Below are positions 13,916 through 28,792 of a DNA stretch of 64,000 nt, one piece after another. The notes beneath the pieces were generated by a model. The model was not told where the DNA came from, did no database searches, and saw only the letters and a list, made by a program, of their open reading frames with translations. Source of the stretch: Octopus sinensis (Eukaryota); NCBI RefSeq assembly GCF_006345805.1, contig NC_043012.1, forward strand, positions 2,294,001-2,358,000, given 5' to 3'. The position numbers and the translations under genes are program-made. Each line of letters begins with the position of its first letter. The stretch's first letter is position 1.

Positions 13916-14200
13916 AGGATGATGCATGGCTTAGTGGCTGGGGTATTTGGTCATGATTGTAAAGTTGTGAGTTCAATTTCCAGTGGGGCGTTGTGTCCTT
14001 GAGCAAAACATTTTTCTTTCTCATTGCTCCAGTTCACTCAGCCTTGTCACACTCTGTGTCATACTGAATCTCCCTGAGAACTACGTTAAGGGCATGCATG
14101 TCTGTGGAGTGCTCAGCCACTTGCAGGTTAATTTCATGGGTAGGCTATTTGGTTGATTTATCGATTGGGATAACCAGTCATAACCAACAAGAGCCAGGCT
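13916..14200 (+). mobile_element. tRNA-derived SINE family 3
   Basis: TGGCTTAGTGG A box, GAGTTCAATT B box, gtgtccttgagcaaaacat..ttgctccagttcactcagc body. Relatives at about 15585-15810, 20420-20605(-), 25430-25670(-), 42690-43020, 52828-53040. Confidence 0.7.
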
Positions 14201-14806
14201 TAATTACATTGTTAATTTCCAACAGACCAATCAGTAGGCTTGCTGCATTTACGACGACAAGACTGGCAAGGGATTGTCTGTGCAACTTGGTGTGGAAAAT
14301 ATCACACAGGGTATTTTTTATTCAAAGACACCAATATTTCAATATTTACAGCCTTTGCTGGTATAAATCAATAAAAGATACACACACACACTCTCACTCA
14401 CACATATTGGTATAAGCATGGTTGTGTGGTTAAATTTGCTTCCCAATCAGATAGTTTTAGGTTCAATTGCACTGCATGGTACATTGAGCAAGTGTCTTGT
14501 ACTATAGACCCAGGCCAACCAAGCCTTTGTGAGTAGATTTGACAGACAGAAACTGAAAGAAGCCTGTTGTATATGTGTGTGCACATGTTTGTTTCTTCTT
14601 TGACATTGCATGGTAGTGGTAAGCATGCATCACCATCATACAAGTGATATTTCAAATCTTCTGTGAAAACATGTCTGGCCTTTGTGAACTATTTATTACC
14701 TTCCTTGACAACTGGAAGGGCATCCAGCCTTAGAAAACCTGCCTCAATGACTTTTGCCTGACTCATGCAAGCATAGAAAAAAAGACATTAAAATGATTAT
14801 GTGTGT

Positions 14807-14948
14807 ATTGTTGACATAAGAATTTTATAAACTTTTAAGAGAATGTAAAATAATTCTTTTTGGAACAGTGGATCTCAAAGCACGCAAAGCTATAAATATT
14901 ATTTATAGCTTTATGTGGTTTGAGATCCATTGTTCCCAAAAAAGAATT
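14807..14948. repeat. About 97-bp near-palindrome (14852-14948) in a repeat related to 55600-55710
   Basis: aattctttttggaacagtggatctcaaagcacgcaaagctataaata-t-tatttatagctttatgtggtttgagatccattgttcccaaaaaagaatt; 14807-14900 resembles the reverse complement of 55608-55710. Confidence 0.6.
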
Positions 14949-14956
14949 TCATATAT

Positions 14957-14996
<40 letters not shown>

Positions 14997-17900
14997 ATGT
15001 ATGTTATGGAAGTTCCCTCATAGTTTCAGTCTACCAAATTCCACTCACAAGCCATTGATGAATCCAAGATTATTGTAGAAGGTACAATGGCTTCAATGCC
15101 ATTCAGTTGGAATAAACTCAAAACCACATAGTCGTGAAACAAACCTTTCCAATTCCAACCATGCAATCATATTTAAGTAAACAAAACATGTTTCAGTTGT
15201 CAGTTTATTCTTTTTTTTTTAATGTTTATTAATTCCTTTAGGGCTGATTTCAACCTCTGTAACTTCCTACAAACTTTTCGTTAAATCTCGTTTCTGATCA
15301 TCTCTACTTTACCTGACACACTGCACAAAAGTGACCAATGGTAAAGGAGCCTCTTCATGGTCAACTGTCATGTTGACCATGAATAGCAGCCAAACATTCC
15401 TTAATTCACACTGCACCATCTTAAAAAAAAATGAAGGATGACATCTAACACTACTATAGATAATATAGATACCCAATTCCTGGAGAACAAAATGAAAGGG
15501 TGTTCATGGTTGTAGTGCATTTGATAAGAGTTAACTTGAAACTTAAACATCAATAAAGGATCAGCACATAAGCCATTTAATAGAAGCACATGACTTAGTG
15601 GTTAGGGTGTTGAACTCAAGATTGTAGGATTGTGATTTTGGTTCCTGAACTGGGTGATACATTGTGTTCTTGAGCAAAACACTTCATTTCACATTGCTCC
15701 AGTCCACTCAGCTGGCAAAAATGAGTAATGGACTGGCATCCCATTCAAGGAGGAATATTTTTATGCTAGAGAAACCAGGAAACCAGCTCTATGCTTCTTA
15801 TGGAGTCATGTGGACTAACCATATAAGTTTAATACTCGGGATTAATAATCCAGTTCTATCTGGTACCCTATTCCTCAAAAATACTATCCTACTTCACTAA
15901 TTAATACATCTGCTAATTTAACAGCTTAATTATAGCTTCATTATTTGTTTAACCCATATTAACATGTATAAATGTTGTAATTCTGTAATCATTTATGTTC
16001 TCTGTTGCACGGAACATCTTCATTTTAATTTACATTGCTTTTTTTAATTTACTTCTTCATCTGTTTTTTTGTCATTATGCTTTTAGTTCTTATCAGTCAT
16101 GTGATTTGTTTGTAACAGGTGAGGGTGGTGACTGCATCTTTTTTGGTTAACCCCTTCAAATAACAGTAACCCCTTTAACTAAAGGTAAACATTTAGTATT
16201 AGTAGTTTTGCACTCTTAAATTAAAATTCATTTTTGTGAGTGCCCCAAGGAATGATTATATCAACACTAAAAATTACACCAGTGGTTGTCATTCACCTAA
16301 AACAAGTTTCACAGCAGGTTTAAGTATGTTTGCAAACACATATCATATGCTGTGAGGTGTGATATATAATTAGCATAGCTGTTTTATATATTTTTAAAGT
16401 TGTGTAATCTCTTAGTTAAACTTTTCTTTCTCTCTTATGAGGGTCACGGCAAGTTAAGTGTATAGAGAGTCACAGCAGTTTTAGTGGATATGGCGTTATT
16501 GTGCCAGCTGGAGCATCACTGGTTCCTATCCTATTGCTGGCACATTGCCGTCTCTAGCAACAGTACTCATCTTTTATTTAGCTATAGTAAACATTGAGGC
16601 ACTGGAAGAAGCACTAAGAATTCACTCTTTGACAGTTGCTGTTTAACCCAAGATCAACCCTGATTGAATAGATGTAATCCAAGGTATTTGATCCATGGTC
16701 TTCTCTTTACTTCGGGTTATGTAGGACAACATTATCTAATGTTTTTACATTTCCCAAGACTGAGAGTGTGGTTTGAGAGATAGAGAGATTTGACTGTTAT
16801 TTTCAATAGGTCATGCACTTACACAGAAGTTCCCCTGGTGGTGCAACCAATGGTGTCCTAATAATCTGCTGGATTAAGGAGTACTTAGTTTTATTCCTGG
16901 TAGCACAGGTGAGATAGTTCTAATAAGTAAACTAGTTGTGTCAACTGTTGGTCCTCTCTAACATTGACTTTTGGGTTCAAAATAAAAGACTGGGAGAAAT
17001 AATGTGACCTTTTTCTTTAACCAAGAACAGCATTCACTGCCAATAACAAGTTTCGAACTCCTGGGTTAAGGGTCAGTAATCGCTTAAAATTGTGTAAAAG
17101 CAATTATTTCTTGCAGTTTGGGTTTTTTTTCCTTCCTCTTTTCCTTTCTGTTTCATTTCATGCCTTCAATTAATTCTCTAATTGTCTGTTATGTATGTCT
17201 TTCTTTTCTTTTCTAACTAACTATGTTTTCTTTACCTATCTTCATTACAGAAATATGCCAGCTCTCCTAACTAATTATTTTCCTATACAGTACAAGTATA
17301 CCCGACCAATTAGAAGAAATTATTCTAGCTTGATTACACCACATTTTTTATTTTAAATTTTCCCTTTCAGAGTTTATGGTCTAAGCTGGGATATGCAGCA
17401 CAATGCCAGGTAGACTGCGCCATTTTGCTCCTTTTTCTTTGCCCCCTTCTTTCTCCCTGTCAGTATTTCTACTCACCAAATACTAATAGAATTCTGTATG
17501 GTTTCACACCGACTTCCATGCTCATGCATCATGTTAAAAGCTGTTAGTTTGTGTACCTACCACTATAACTACATAAAACCCATAAAGGGCCAGTTCACTA
17601 TAGTTGTGGGCCCAAATAATTGTTGACATCATTTGCTAAATTCTGTCCTTGGAAAACCTAGCATGTTGGTTTATGTGCCCACAATCCACAGATTTTGATG
17701 TTATTTCTGACTGTTGTTCCTTCTCCCTCAGAGTGACACATATTTCAAAAAGTTACTTTTTTGGTTCATTGCTCATTTTTTTGTTTGTTTGTTTTGTATT
17801 CTTGAAACATATTTTCCCTAATTAAAATAAAATGAAACCTAATAAATGCCAATTATCAACTTGAATGTGTGTGTATGAATGTATGGTTGTGAGTTGTCAT

Positions 17901-18894
17901 CTTTAATGACCATTGATGTGGAATTCTTGAGTCTAATGAGTGGAAGACATGGATTCGACTGAGATATCATTCATCGTTTGGTGATATTTTGATGTGAATT
18001 TCTTCTGATCTGTTTTCAGCTTGACTTCTGCTTAATTCTGAAAGTTAACTTTGAGAGATAGATAGACTTACTACGTACTGAACCCTCGTTATTTTTTTTT
18101 CCTCCCTCAAATAGAAAAGCCATTATGAAATCCTATTTCTGAAGACCATATCTTTGGTCCCAGATACTTTCTACAGTTGGGATATAAAGAGTAACAATTC
18201 TATAATTGTCCCATTTTCATCTAGTTACCTTTTACTCATTGATCTGTTTACCAGTAACATTGACTTCTTTGATGGTGTATTGATACCAGGTATAGACTGA
18301 GTATTACAGGTGTTAATTTACTATATCGTTATTCACACTTAAGAAACAATTGTCTAATTTATTTCTATGCCAGCCCTCCCATATTTGATTAAGGCTTTGC
18401 AATTGGAGGCAAATGATATTAAGCTTCAGGATGTTCGTATCTAGGTTGACAGTATTTTCACTTTCCTCAACTCCTCTGTCTCTTAAGGTTTGCAAATTTT
18501 AAAATGACCACAAGTTTCATGTTTTCTTAGAGAGAGAGATTTGAGAAGTAAAGACATAATAGAATGTTACTCTTCTTCTCTCTTGGAAACTGAGATGCCT
18601 CTGCTGCTACAAATGTCTTTGTGCTTCCATCAGTTATTTTTGGTGAAAACTAGAGCAGCATATTACAAGAAGTTCTTTGTGGAATGTATGAATTGATAAT
18701 AGCTTTACAAATTGGTAAGTGCGAATTGACAGGTGAGGTGGATGGTGTTTTACTTTGTGAGTATGCAGCCCTATTATCTTTGGAGTTTTATTTCTGTTAT
18801 ATTTTATTTTAAAATTTTCTGAGAACTGCATGTAGAGTTTTTTTTTTAAATTTTAGTTACATCCATTTCTGGTTGATATCAGGAAATTGCATTG

Positions 18895-20340
18895 TCATCA
18901 TCATCATCATCATACTTCCCTTTCTTTGTTCTTGTTTGGGTTGGACAAGTCTTCTCCAGCACTGCATCTTGTCACTTGTTGTGTCCTTTATAATCTCCTT
19001 TGTAAGGCCCAACCTTCTCAGGCCAGCTAACATCACTTCTGTCCTCACCCCTTGTTCTTCCTCTTCCAAAGTTCACTCATCTTGGATTGTTTGATTCTTA
19101 TTTACTCAATTGTCATCCTCTATATGCATCTCATTTCCATATTAGTACAGTATCCTTTTCTTGCACACTGTGTATTCCTCTTATTTTCAGTTTTGGTTTC
19201 AGCTCATTTGGACTCTGTCATTCATAGACATAAATGTTACACATCCTCCAGAGTTTTCTCACCTCATTTTCTTCCAGTCTTTGCTCACCTCCACATGTTA
19301 TATCCATGTTTCACTACCATACAACATTCTACTTCAGGCTATCACACAATCTGCCCTTCACTCAGTGGATCATACAATCTGCTCTTCACTCAGAGAGTGA
19401 ATGAGTATCTTTTTCTGCTAGTAGAGGAGCACCCTAAAATTTGCTACTCCATTTTTAATATGGATGCTTTTGGAACACTTTTCTTCACTGCAAATTAAGT
19501 CACCTGGTTAACAAAACTATTACCTTGTTCTAGGGAGCCCTATTTTATAAATGCTCTTACTGCTAACTACTCCTGTGTATTTGCTACATATGAAGTCCTT
19601 ATTCTTATTGAAACTGCCTGTGATCTCAATGCACCTCTAATGCAACCCTAGTTAAAACTGGGTATGCCATCCTATTTATTTTCTGCTTATTAAGCATGGC
19701 TATTTCCTGCACAGCAGTAGAGACCCGTCTTCCATTTTACTAACTAAAATGTTTGTCTTTGTTAGGTTTACTTTAAGATGATAGGCTTTGCTTCCACATT
19801 TGGAATTTCTTGTTAACTCATCAACAAATTCAGCTTTGAAAACTAGGGCATCAGCATACAGGAGATTCCACCATAATTCTGCTGTTATGGCTTGTGGGAC
19901 TATAATTTAAGGGGAGTGGGGTGAGAACTGAGCTTTGATGGACTCCTACCTGCATGCTAAATTCCTTGCTGAACTTATTGCTAATTTCTACCTTACTGAC
20001 AGCATTTCTCACAAGCCATTTGTCTATACCTAGTTTGCTGAGCAGCCAGCAGACAGCCAATTATGATAAACAAGATTTATTTATCACAGTCTACTTTAAG
20101 CCCCACCTCCCCCTAACAAACTGTGTGCACCCTTAGTAGCTGCACAGATGTCTCTTGAAGTGCAACCAGTCTAAGAATTCAGACGTTCTAAATAAACTCT
20201 TCAACCTATAAGTACCTCTCTTCAGTCACTATCTGTGAGCGCCCTTTTACAGCATTTTGGATGTAGTCCCATGGCAGTAGTGAATGCAACCTGGCTAGGA
20301 TATTAGACTCTCCAGCAATTATCTAGGAGAGCAGCAACTC
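18895..20340 (-). pseudogene. Highly degenerate RTE-type LINE, 3' portion with (GAT)n tail
   Basis: Minus-strand fragments KLGIDKWLVR..SKVEISNKFSKEFSMQVGVHQSSVLTPL, then YAD.LV near 19845-19860, C-terminal LGLTKEIIKD..DK..C and a (CAT)n tail at about 18896-18912. Confidence 0.7.
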
Positions 20341-20715
20341 TGAATATAATATATATATAGTTTCAACTAAACTATCAGATGTTATACATTGCTGATCACA
20401 ATGCTTGCTGGGTGAGAAGGCCAACATTCCTCCTGATCGGAAGGTTATTCTGTCTCGGGTCACCTATTTACAGCTGAGTGAACTGGAGCAATGTGAAATG
20501 AAGTGTTTTGCTCAAGAACACAATGTGCTGCCTGGTCTGGGAATGGAACCCACAATCTAGTGATCATGAGTGCAACACTCTAACCTCTAGGCCATCTGCC
20601 TTCATATGTGTGTATGTGTGTGTGTGTATGACTGTAATAAGATATTAACATGTGAGCCCTGGGTTATAGACCAGCATTTTAGAGTATCATTTGGCATTGT
20701 CATTTAATGTCAAAA

Positions 20716-21110
20716 GGTGCAGGTATGGCTGTGTGGTAACAAGTTTGCTTCCCAAGCACATGGTTCTGTGTTCAGTCCTGTTGTATAGTAGTACCTTTGG
20801 CAAGTGTTTTCTACTACAACTTCAGGCCAACCAAATCCTTGTGAGTGGATTTGGTTGACAGAAACTGAGTGAAGCCTGTTGTATATATACATGTGTGTGT
20901 CTGCGTTTGTCCCCCACCACTGCTTGACAACCGATGTTGGTGTGTTTATGTATCTGTAACTTAGTGGTTTAGCAAAAGAGGCTGATAGCATATATGCCAG
21001 GCTTAAAAGGAAAAGAAAAATGTATTGCGGTTGATTCACTTGACTGAAATTCCTCAAGGTGATGCTCCAGTATGGCTGCAGTCTAATGACTGAAATAGGT
21101 AATATCGTAA
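20716..21110 (+). mobile_element. tRNA-derived SINE family 1, older copy
   Basis: Colinear with 57512-57910 from ggtgcaggtatggctgtgtgg to tgactgaaa. Confidence 0.8.
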
Positions 21111-24058
21111 AAAAAAAAGCAAATAACCACTGATGCAAACATTGCAGCTGAGAGAACCAAGCTGATCTCTGTGAGTTTGTCTACATAGACATTGAATTGT
21201 TTATGGTGATTTTTTTTTTTTTTCTATATCTTTTTTTGATATTTTCAATGCTAAACTCATTCAAAAGATCTTTCAGTTTTGGATAAATACATTGAGAAAC
21301 TTGAACTAGATTTGGAAGCAGATTTCTATTTTTATTCTCCTGTAATCATTGAAATGGATGTGACAGTTATTCTCCGACTTTGACTGAACACTACAAGTAG
21401 AGCAGCGTAATTTAGCTGATACAATAGATGCAAAATCCTAGTAAAAGATATGGTATTAGGTTGCTGTAAAATGATAAAAGTAGCTTAGTATTTCAGGTAA
21501 AATTCTTTCATCAGAAAGAAATGAAATTAAAACTGTACCTGAAATCTAAGATATTTCTTCTTACAGATACTTAATATGCTTCTATTTTATCTTCTATTCT
21601 GTTGTCTCTTCCTAATTCAGATCATCACTAGGCTCCTTAAGCTCTGCTGATTATAGTGTCTTAATCCAGAGATTAATGCTCTGTCCATATTGCTATTTAA
21701 TTATAATCCATAGGCATGGCTGTGTGGTAAGAAGTTTGCTTCTTGACCACATGGTTTTTTTAGTTCAGTCCCACTGTGTGACACCTTGGGGGAAGCATCT
21801 TCTACTATAGCTTGGTCCAATGAAATCCTTGAGTGGATTTCATTGATGGAAACTGAATGATGTCTGCCGTGTGTGTTTGTGTCTTCTTGCCTTGACATAG
21901 CAGGGTAGCTGTAAAGGAGTGTCACTGCCATACATGCCGTGATATTCGTTTCCAATATTCTTTTTTGGACATGGAGAAATATTATTTTGCTTGGAAACGG
22001 GTGCAGTTAGCAACAAGAAAGGCATCCAAGATTCTGTCTGACCCATGCAGTCATGGCAAAGTGGATGTTATTAGGATGGTGATGATGAGCCATGCTCTAT
22101 TCACTCTGCATTATAAGTGATAAAACATCCTAAATCACCATTCATATCATCATCATCATCATTTGATGTCCCTTTTTCCATGCTGGTAAGTGTCTTCTAC
22201 TATAGCCTGGTCCAACGAAAGCCTTCTGAGTGGATTTCATACATGGTTACTAGCAGATGGAGAAATATCAAACCTTTATCCTGTACTGTCTATTATTAAC
22301 AATTCTTCTTTCATCTATCATTTGTTTCATTGAAGAGATTAGTTGTACAAATCAAACACCAGTACTTTGTTTATATATATATTTTAAAGTCTGGTACATA
22401 TTCTATTGTCTCTTTTGCCAAACTGCTATGTTACAGGGATGTAAACAAACCAAGACTAGTTGTCAAGCAGTGGTGAGGGACAAACAAAAAAAGGCACTCA
22501 ATATATGATGGGTGTCTTTCAGTTTCTATCTACCAAATTCACTCACAAGGCTTTAATCAGGTGGGGGGGGCTATAGTAGAAGACACTTGCCCAAGGTGCC
22601 ATTGTTCAGTGGGACTGAACCTGGAACCATGTGATTGGGAAGCCAACTTCTTACTTACTTCTGGATGTTTCAAATACTACATATGCTCTTTGGACAACCA
22701 AATTAAAAGCATGAATGAGTGTTAACACTTTCTTTATGTTTATTATTGCATTCAAGCAACCGCAACAGCTGACAGTTGTTGCATAATTATCGGCAATTAA
22801 TTTATGCAAAAAATTAAGTTCAATTTATGAATATCATGGGTATGTGGTTAAGAAGCTCACTTCAGAACTACATACTTTTAGGTTCAGTCCCACTGTATAG
22901 TGCTTTGGGTGAATATCTTCTACTAAAGCTCTGGGCCAACCAAAGCCTTGTGGGTGGATTCTGTAAACAGAAATTGAAAGAAGCTCATTGTATGTTTGTC
23001 TCCTTGTCTTGGCATTGTGTGCTAATTGCAAACCACTGACATGGTCATCCAAGTGGTAATGTTCATTTGCAGTCTTCAGTGAATGCATGTCCAGTCACTG
23101 TGCTCTTCATGTTCAAAGGAGTAGGGGAAATATTAACCTTGCTAGGAAACTGGTGAAGGTTGGCAACAGGAAGAGCATCTGGTTGTGGAACATCTGCCTC
23201 ATTGAATTTCATTTGGCCTGTGCAAACATGGAAAAGTAGACCTTAAAACAATGATGGTGTTAGTGGTGATAGTGATGAAGATGATGATGATGATGGTTTA
23301 GAGGTTTGAAAGCACTGAATTCTTTGTTGCAAATTGTGTACCTGGAATTCTAAACTCAATCTTTGTCCATGGTATTTTTATTTCTTATTTTTGTTTATTG
23401 GATGTCATCTTTTCACTTTTGGATAATTAAGACTTCAGCTTTCCTTCATCAATGATTTTGACTTGTACAAAACATAACTTAGGGCAGGTGACATTGGCGA
23501 TGTGGGTTAATTAACATTCAAATCTGGGCTGTAATTGGTATGAACCAGAGAAAAGCATAACAAGGTCACTGCTAAATCATGATTGTTCTTTCACTACCAT
23601 TAAGGTCACATTATCATGTTTCTCCCCCTCTCCCACCCGCCTCCTGCTCCATCCGATTAATGACTTTGCCACAGGTAAAGGTGATTTAACTCAGTACAAG
23701 GTAGTGAAATGTCAACCACCAATGTTTTTGCAATAGTATCTGAGATGTGTGGATGATGTGAAATAGGTGCAAAATTTTTTTTTTTGTTTCAGATGTTTTG
23801 TTTTAAAAAAAAAAAGGTTTTCTTTTGTTATTTTCACTTTGTTTATATTTATTTTGCTTGTTTTATTTTGTGTTGTGTTTTTTTATTTAAAATTTTACTG
23901 TTTGTTTACTTTGATTATACACAAAGCACTTTTTATGCTCTGAAACACTCTCTCTTACACAGACTGCCTGTCTGTCTTCTTTTGTGTTTGTATATGCAAC
24001 ACACACACACACATTCTCTCTCCTTTTGTGTCTGTATATACAACACACACACACTGTG

Positions 24059-24095
<37 letters not shown>

Positions 24096-26565
24096 TGATT
24101 GTATTATTGTCTGTCAATACAACTCTCTTTCCCTCTATCCATTCGTCCCTTTCGCTGCCTCTATCTCCCCCTCTCTCATTCTCTCTATTGATTCTATTTT
24201 CTTGATGCAGCTCTCGCTTCCCCTCTCTCGCCCACGTGTGCTTGTTTCTGTCTTCAATATCTTTCTTGATCCCCCTTTTGGGTAGATAATACCATATTTA
24301 ATCCATTAGAGGTGTTGAAACACTACTGAAGGTTTCAAACTTAACATAGTGAGTCTCTGGGACAGTTCTCTGGAGTATGCTTGCTCCACTAAAAGCTGTC
24401 AAGTCACTAATTATGTAGCTCCACCCACCAATCTTGCAGCCTCTATGCTGTTGTTTACATTGCTGGAAATAGCAGTTGAATCTACTGTATTTTTTACAAC
24501 CCAAAAATAAAAACGAAAGAAAAAACAGTAAAGAAAGGGCATATTGACTATTGTAGTCCTAAATACTTCTAACAAAAATGGGATGGTCACAGCTGGAATG
24601 CCTTTGATCATAGGACTACACAATCTAGGATGTCCTTGAGCTAAAAACAGCAACAGTGTACTATCACTTCTTTTCCACCCTCATGATTCATTAGATATAA
24701 TTAAATCACTGAGATTTCACTGACATTGTCAAGGACACACCACATTGAGGATAATGAGCTAAAAACCACTAAACCATGAACTGATTAACTTGTTTACACT
24801 ATTAACTGCAACAGTCTGTAATATTTAACTTAGTATAATTTGAATATTTAATGCTTTAACATTCAGGTTACTCTGTCAAATGTAATGCTTATTTACTCAT
24901 ATTGCTTTGAAATAATTGTGCTTTATCTCATAGCTTTTGATGATGTGATTGTGTATTTGTTTTAGAATGGCATTGCAGGATAGGTATGAGATACCCAATC
25001 TGGCCAATTTCAACATAAAGCAGGTAGACTATTTGAACCAGATATGGCTGGTTTAAATGCTAATGGGTTGATATTGCTGAGGCATGAAGCTATCTCATGC
25101 TGTGAATGCTTGTTGCTTAGAGGACAAGTGCTTTTTGTTTGAATTTAGGTTGCATGGAAATTATTTTTTTTTTTAGCTTTTTCTTGGTCTCAACAAATTT
25201 TTTGTAAAATACTTGTGTCTTTTAATGACAAATCTGATGTGTGCTTACACACACAGTCACAGTCACACTGAGTATTCTTGTGTACATTCAGGGCAATGAT
25301 TTTGTCTCTTTATTCCATGGTTATAGTCACGCATTGGAATTTCCCTTATTATGGCAACTTTTTCAGTTTTTGCATTTTAAATTACTGCATGAAAATTGTT
25401 TGCATTAGAATTTTAGTGTATCTTGAGCCTGCAGGTTCATGAGGCCAGAACTTGTTTTGGTTTCTGTTCTCTTTAAACAACTGAGAGTACAAAACTCCTC
25501 TCTCTTCTGAATGAGATCCCTATATATCATAATTGGGTTAACTCCCAAGTTGCTGCTGGTTACTCATTTTCAGTTGAGTGAACTGGAACGATGTGAAATG
25601 AAATGGCTTGCTCTAGGGCTTAATTGAACCTGCAACTTAATGATCATATGCTCAAAACCAAACCCATCTTCATGTTGTGTCTGTATAAAATAACAAATTG
25701 AAGCTCTTTTAGTACCTTCTCAATTACTTGATAATTATCTTAGACGTTACTTGTGATTCATCTAAAATTACTGTAGCAATTAGCTGAGCCTAAAATATTC
25801 TTCCAGTTGTGGATCTAGGCTGCACTTTGTTAAAATTGATTTCAGAAACTTAGTTGAGAGATTTTGTATTTATTTCATATATTTTCCATAGATCTACCTC
25901 TGGAAATTGGCATAATTAAAGTAAGCCTTTAACCCTCTAATGCTTATGACCAACAACTTTTGTTTCTTCAAAATACCATGGGGAGAAAATTACAAACTAG
26001 AAAGCTTGGCTGTACTTTAAGGATTCTTTATGTTTGAACAAAATTACTTCATGTAAACAGTTATAATATCCAGCCATTATTACAGAAATGCTAACATTTT
26101 TAATTTATGCAAGAAATTTTAGTGAAGTCCAGTTTGTAAACATCTACCTAGAGGCTTGAAAAGTTTTCAAGTTAATAAGAATAATGAAGTGCAAGAGGAC
26201 TAAATGACTTAAGAATATTTAATTTTTACCTATTGAGTTCTGATTTCAAATCCAATTGGAGCCCGTGTCATTTATTCTAAGCTCTGAAGTTGATAAAATA
26301 AAAATAAATTACCAGTTGTGTATGGAATCAATAAAATCAACAGTGCCCATACCCTACAAAAATTGGATTCTTGCTTCTTTAAAATTTAGTGTTTCAAACT
26401 TATAGTCATTAGTGATAGTTGTGTTGAAGATGTTTTGAGGTAAACACAAGGTGTTATGATTTCAGGGTAAAAAAAAAAAAAAAAAGTACCAGTCAAATAC
26501 TGGGGTCAGTGTAGTCAGTTTACTCACTCTCTTCAAAATTGCAGATCTTGTGCCTAAAGCAGAAG

Positions 26566-26604
<39 letters not shown>

Positions 26605-28792
26605 TGAGTGATTGAACAACACATGCCATCAAAGTGTCACTGGGTTACAGATATACAAAGCTCAATATACCCATCATGGCTTCCCATCTGATAATGGTAA
26701 ACCAGGCTCATGTATCACAGTCATATGTGTGCAACATGGTGACCTCATATCAAGAAAAACAGTGCATGACCTTGCAGGTTGGTCCTAGTTAGAATTTTTG
26801 TCAGGTTGAGTGGCCCATCCTGTTCAAAGGTCCCTAAATAAGGGTTGTTTAAGGATGATAAACATAACATCCATGTTTCCAGAGGTGAATTATTCAAACT
26901 CCAAAGAATTCTTCTCAACACATGGCTATGATGCTCCCCAACTACTGCTGATCAGAGGTGCACATATCGTCAGCCACTAAGGGACATGCTCAGCTGGTTA
27001 CGGTCAAGCAATTGAAAAGCAAATCTGGTATTGAGCAGAATATTTGCTGTAGTCCCATCCTTTATGCTGTAGAAGGATTCCAACCACCCCCCAAGTGACT
27101 GACTCATTGTTATAAAACAAAGAGCTGTGTGCGATTGGCAGTTCCTGTTGGAGCAGTTTACTGTGATATAGAATAGTGAGTCTTGTGCAGTAGCAATGCA
27201 TCATGTATATACCTTCTTCCCCACTGCTTTGTTATATTATATATCCAATACAAAAATATAAAACTTAACACCAACGCAAAACATATACATATTAACACTT
27301 CCAATTAGTTAAAATCAGAAACCATGAAAGCCACTACCTGGCACTGCATCATGGCAATTATTTTTTTTTTTTTTTTTTTTCCCCACGTGGAAAAGAATGT
27401 GAAGGTGGAATGGTAGATGCTTTCCTCCAGTAAACTTGTTTAAAGGAGGGTAATGTTAATAAAAGTTGGAGTTTGGTAGTTGGAAGTGAGAGTGACTGTA
27501 GATTTGTATGGTTTCTTCATTGGCTCTTGTCCGAGATTTTCCTGTACCAGAAGACCAGCATCACCATTCATACATTTTTTTTCCAATTTATTTACCCACC
27601 CCCACCCCACCGTTTGATTTCTGCATAAATCATCCAAGGCCCCTTTGGCAAATATAAAGGAATTATTATTATTGGCTGATCTATTAGTCAGTTAAATAGG
27701 TTTGGATAATGTTAATTGGGGGTGTTTGCAGTTCAGTATTGCTTATTTCTGAAAATAGTTAATTATTTCCGGTATTGCTCATTGGTTGTTTAGTTAGGAT
27801 GAAAGACAGTCAGACATACAGACAGAAAGAAAGAAAGAACACAAGCAACGAAACAAATCAATATACTTCATTAATATCGTGATGGATAAATGAAGAAAAC
27901 TTAGTGACTCATGGATGCTGTATTGATTTCTATGTGTATAATTTTTGGACTGATTGACATTTCACTGGCATACATAGGGATCTCATCGTAGTTTTTGCAT
28001 GCAACTCTTCAACAGCATCAGTGCCAAATTTATCATTTCCACCTACTGTTCAGTTGAGAGAAGACGAAAACAATTTTTTTGCTTTTAATCTTCCTCCCCT
28101 TCTGCTGAGTGTAAATTGCTCCTGGTTACAGGCTTGTCCCTGTTCAAGTTGTAAAAGTCTAAAACGTGAAGCAGTTTATTTGTGTTTGCTTTTTAAATTA
28201 ATATATTTTTGTTGTTTTCGATTCTCGGTGTTTGCCTGGAGGCATTAAGTATTTTTTCAAACTTGTAAACAAACAAGAATAACCTTTTCTCGAATTATAC
28301 AATCGTATTCTCTAGAGAGCTTCTCTGCTGGGTGTTTCTTTTTAGAAAGCTGCTAAGAAATTATACAAGGCTGTTATAGAACACACTCTGGAATGTTTCC
28401 AAGTGTCTTACTACTTATAATGTGTATCTGAATCTCAAATGTTTTCCTACAATTTAATGTCAGTGTAATGAAATCTCTCTGGATGGCAATGACACATTTT
28501 TATTTGGGGTCCTGTTGGGAGATGTGTAAAACATATTTGGTGCTTAAAGTGGTGTAGTAGTAGTAGTAGTAGTTTAGCTGATGTGACAGTTTTCATTCAG
28601 TGATTTTAAGAGATGTTTTAGCTCAAAGTCACTTGTCCTGATATATATTATGATATGTTGCTCTGCACTTTCTGAATTTTTAAAAAATATTCAGAAGTTT
28701 TTTCCCAACTGTTATTTACATCCACAGGGAGAAGTGGTCTCCGTTTTTCCATACATGATCAGCTATACCCAATTTTTCAATATCCCCTCGTG

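Noticed and set aside
18634-18720. Candidate MOB3 upstream exon ending at a strong donor (TTG/GTAAGT near 18714); similar candidate 17371-17409
   Set aside because: No MOB3-like N-terminal peptide; such splice-like motifs are common by chance without transcript evidence.
26605-27355. Repeat-like blocks next to (TTA)n and poly-T
   Set aside because: Probably retroelement remnants, but single-copy in the window and without diagnostic motifs, so not classified.
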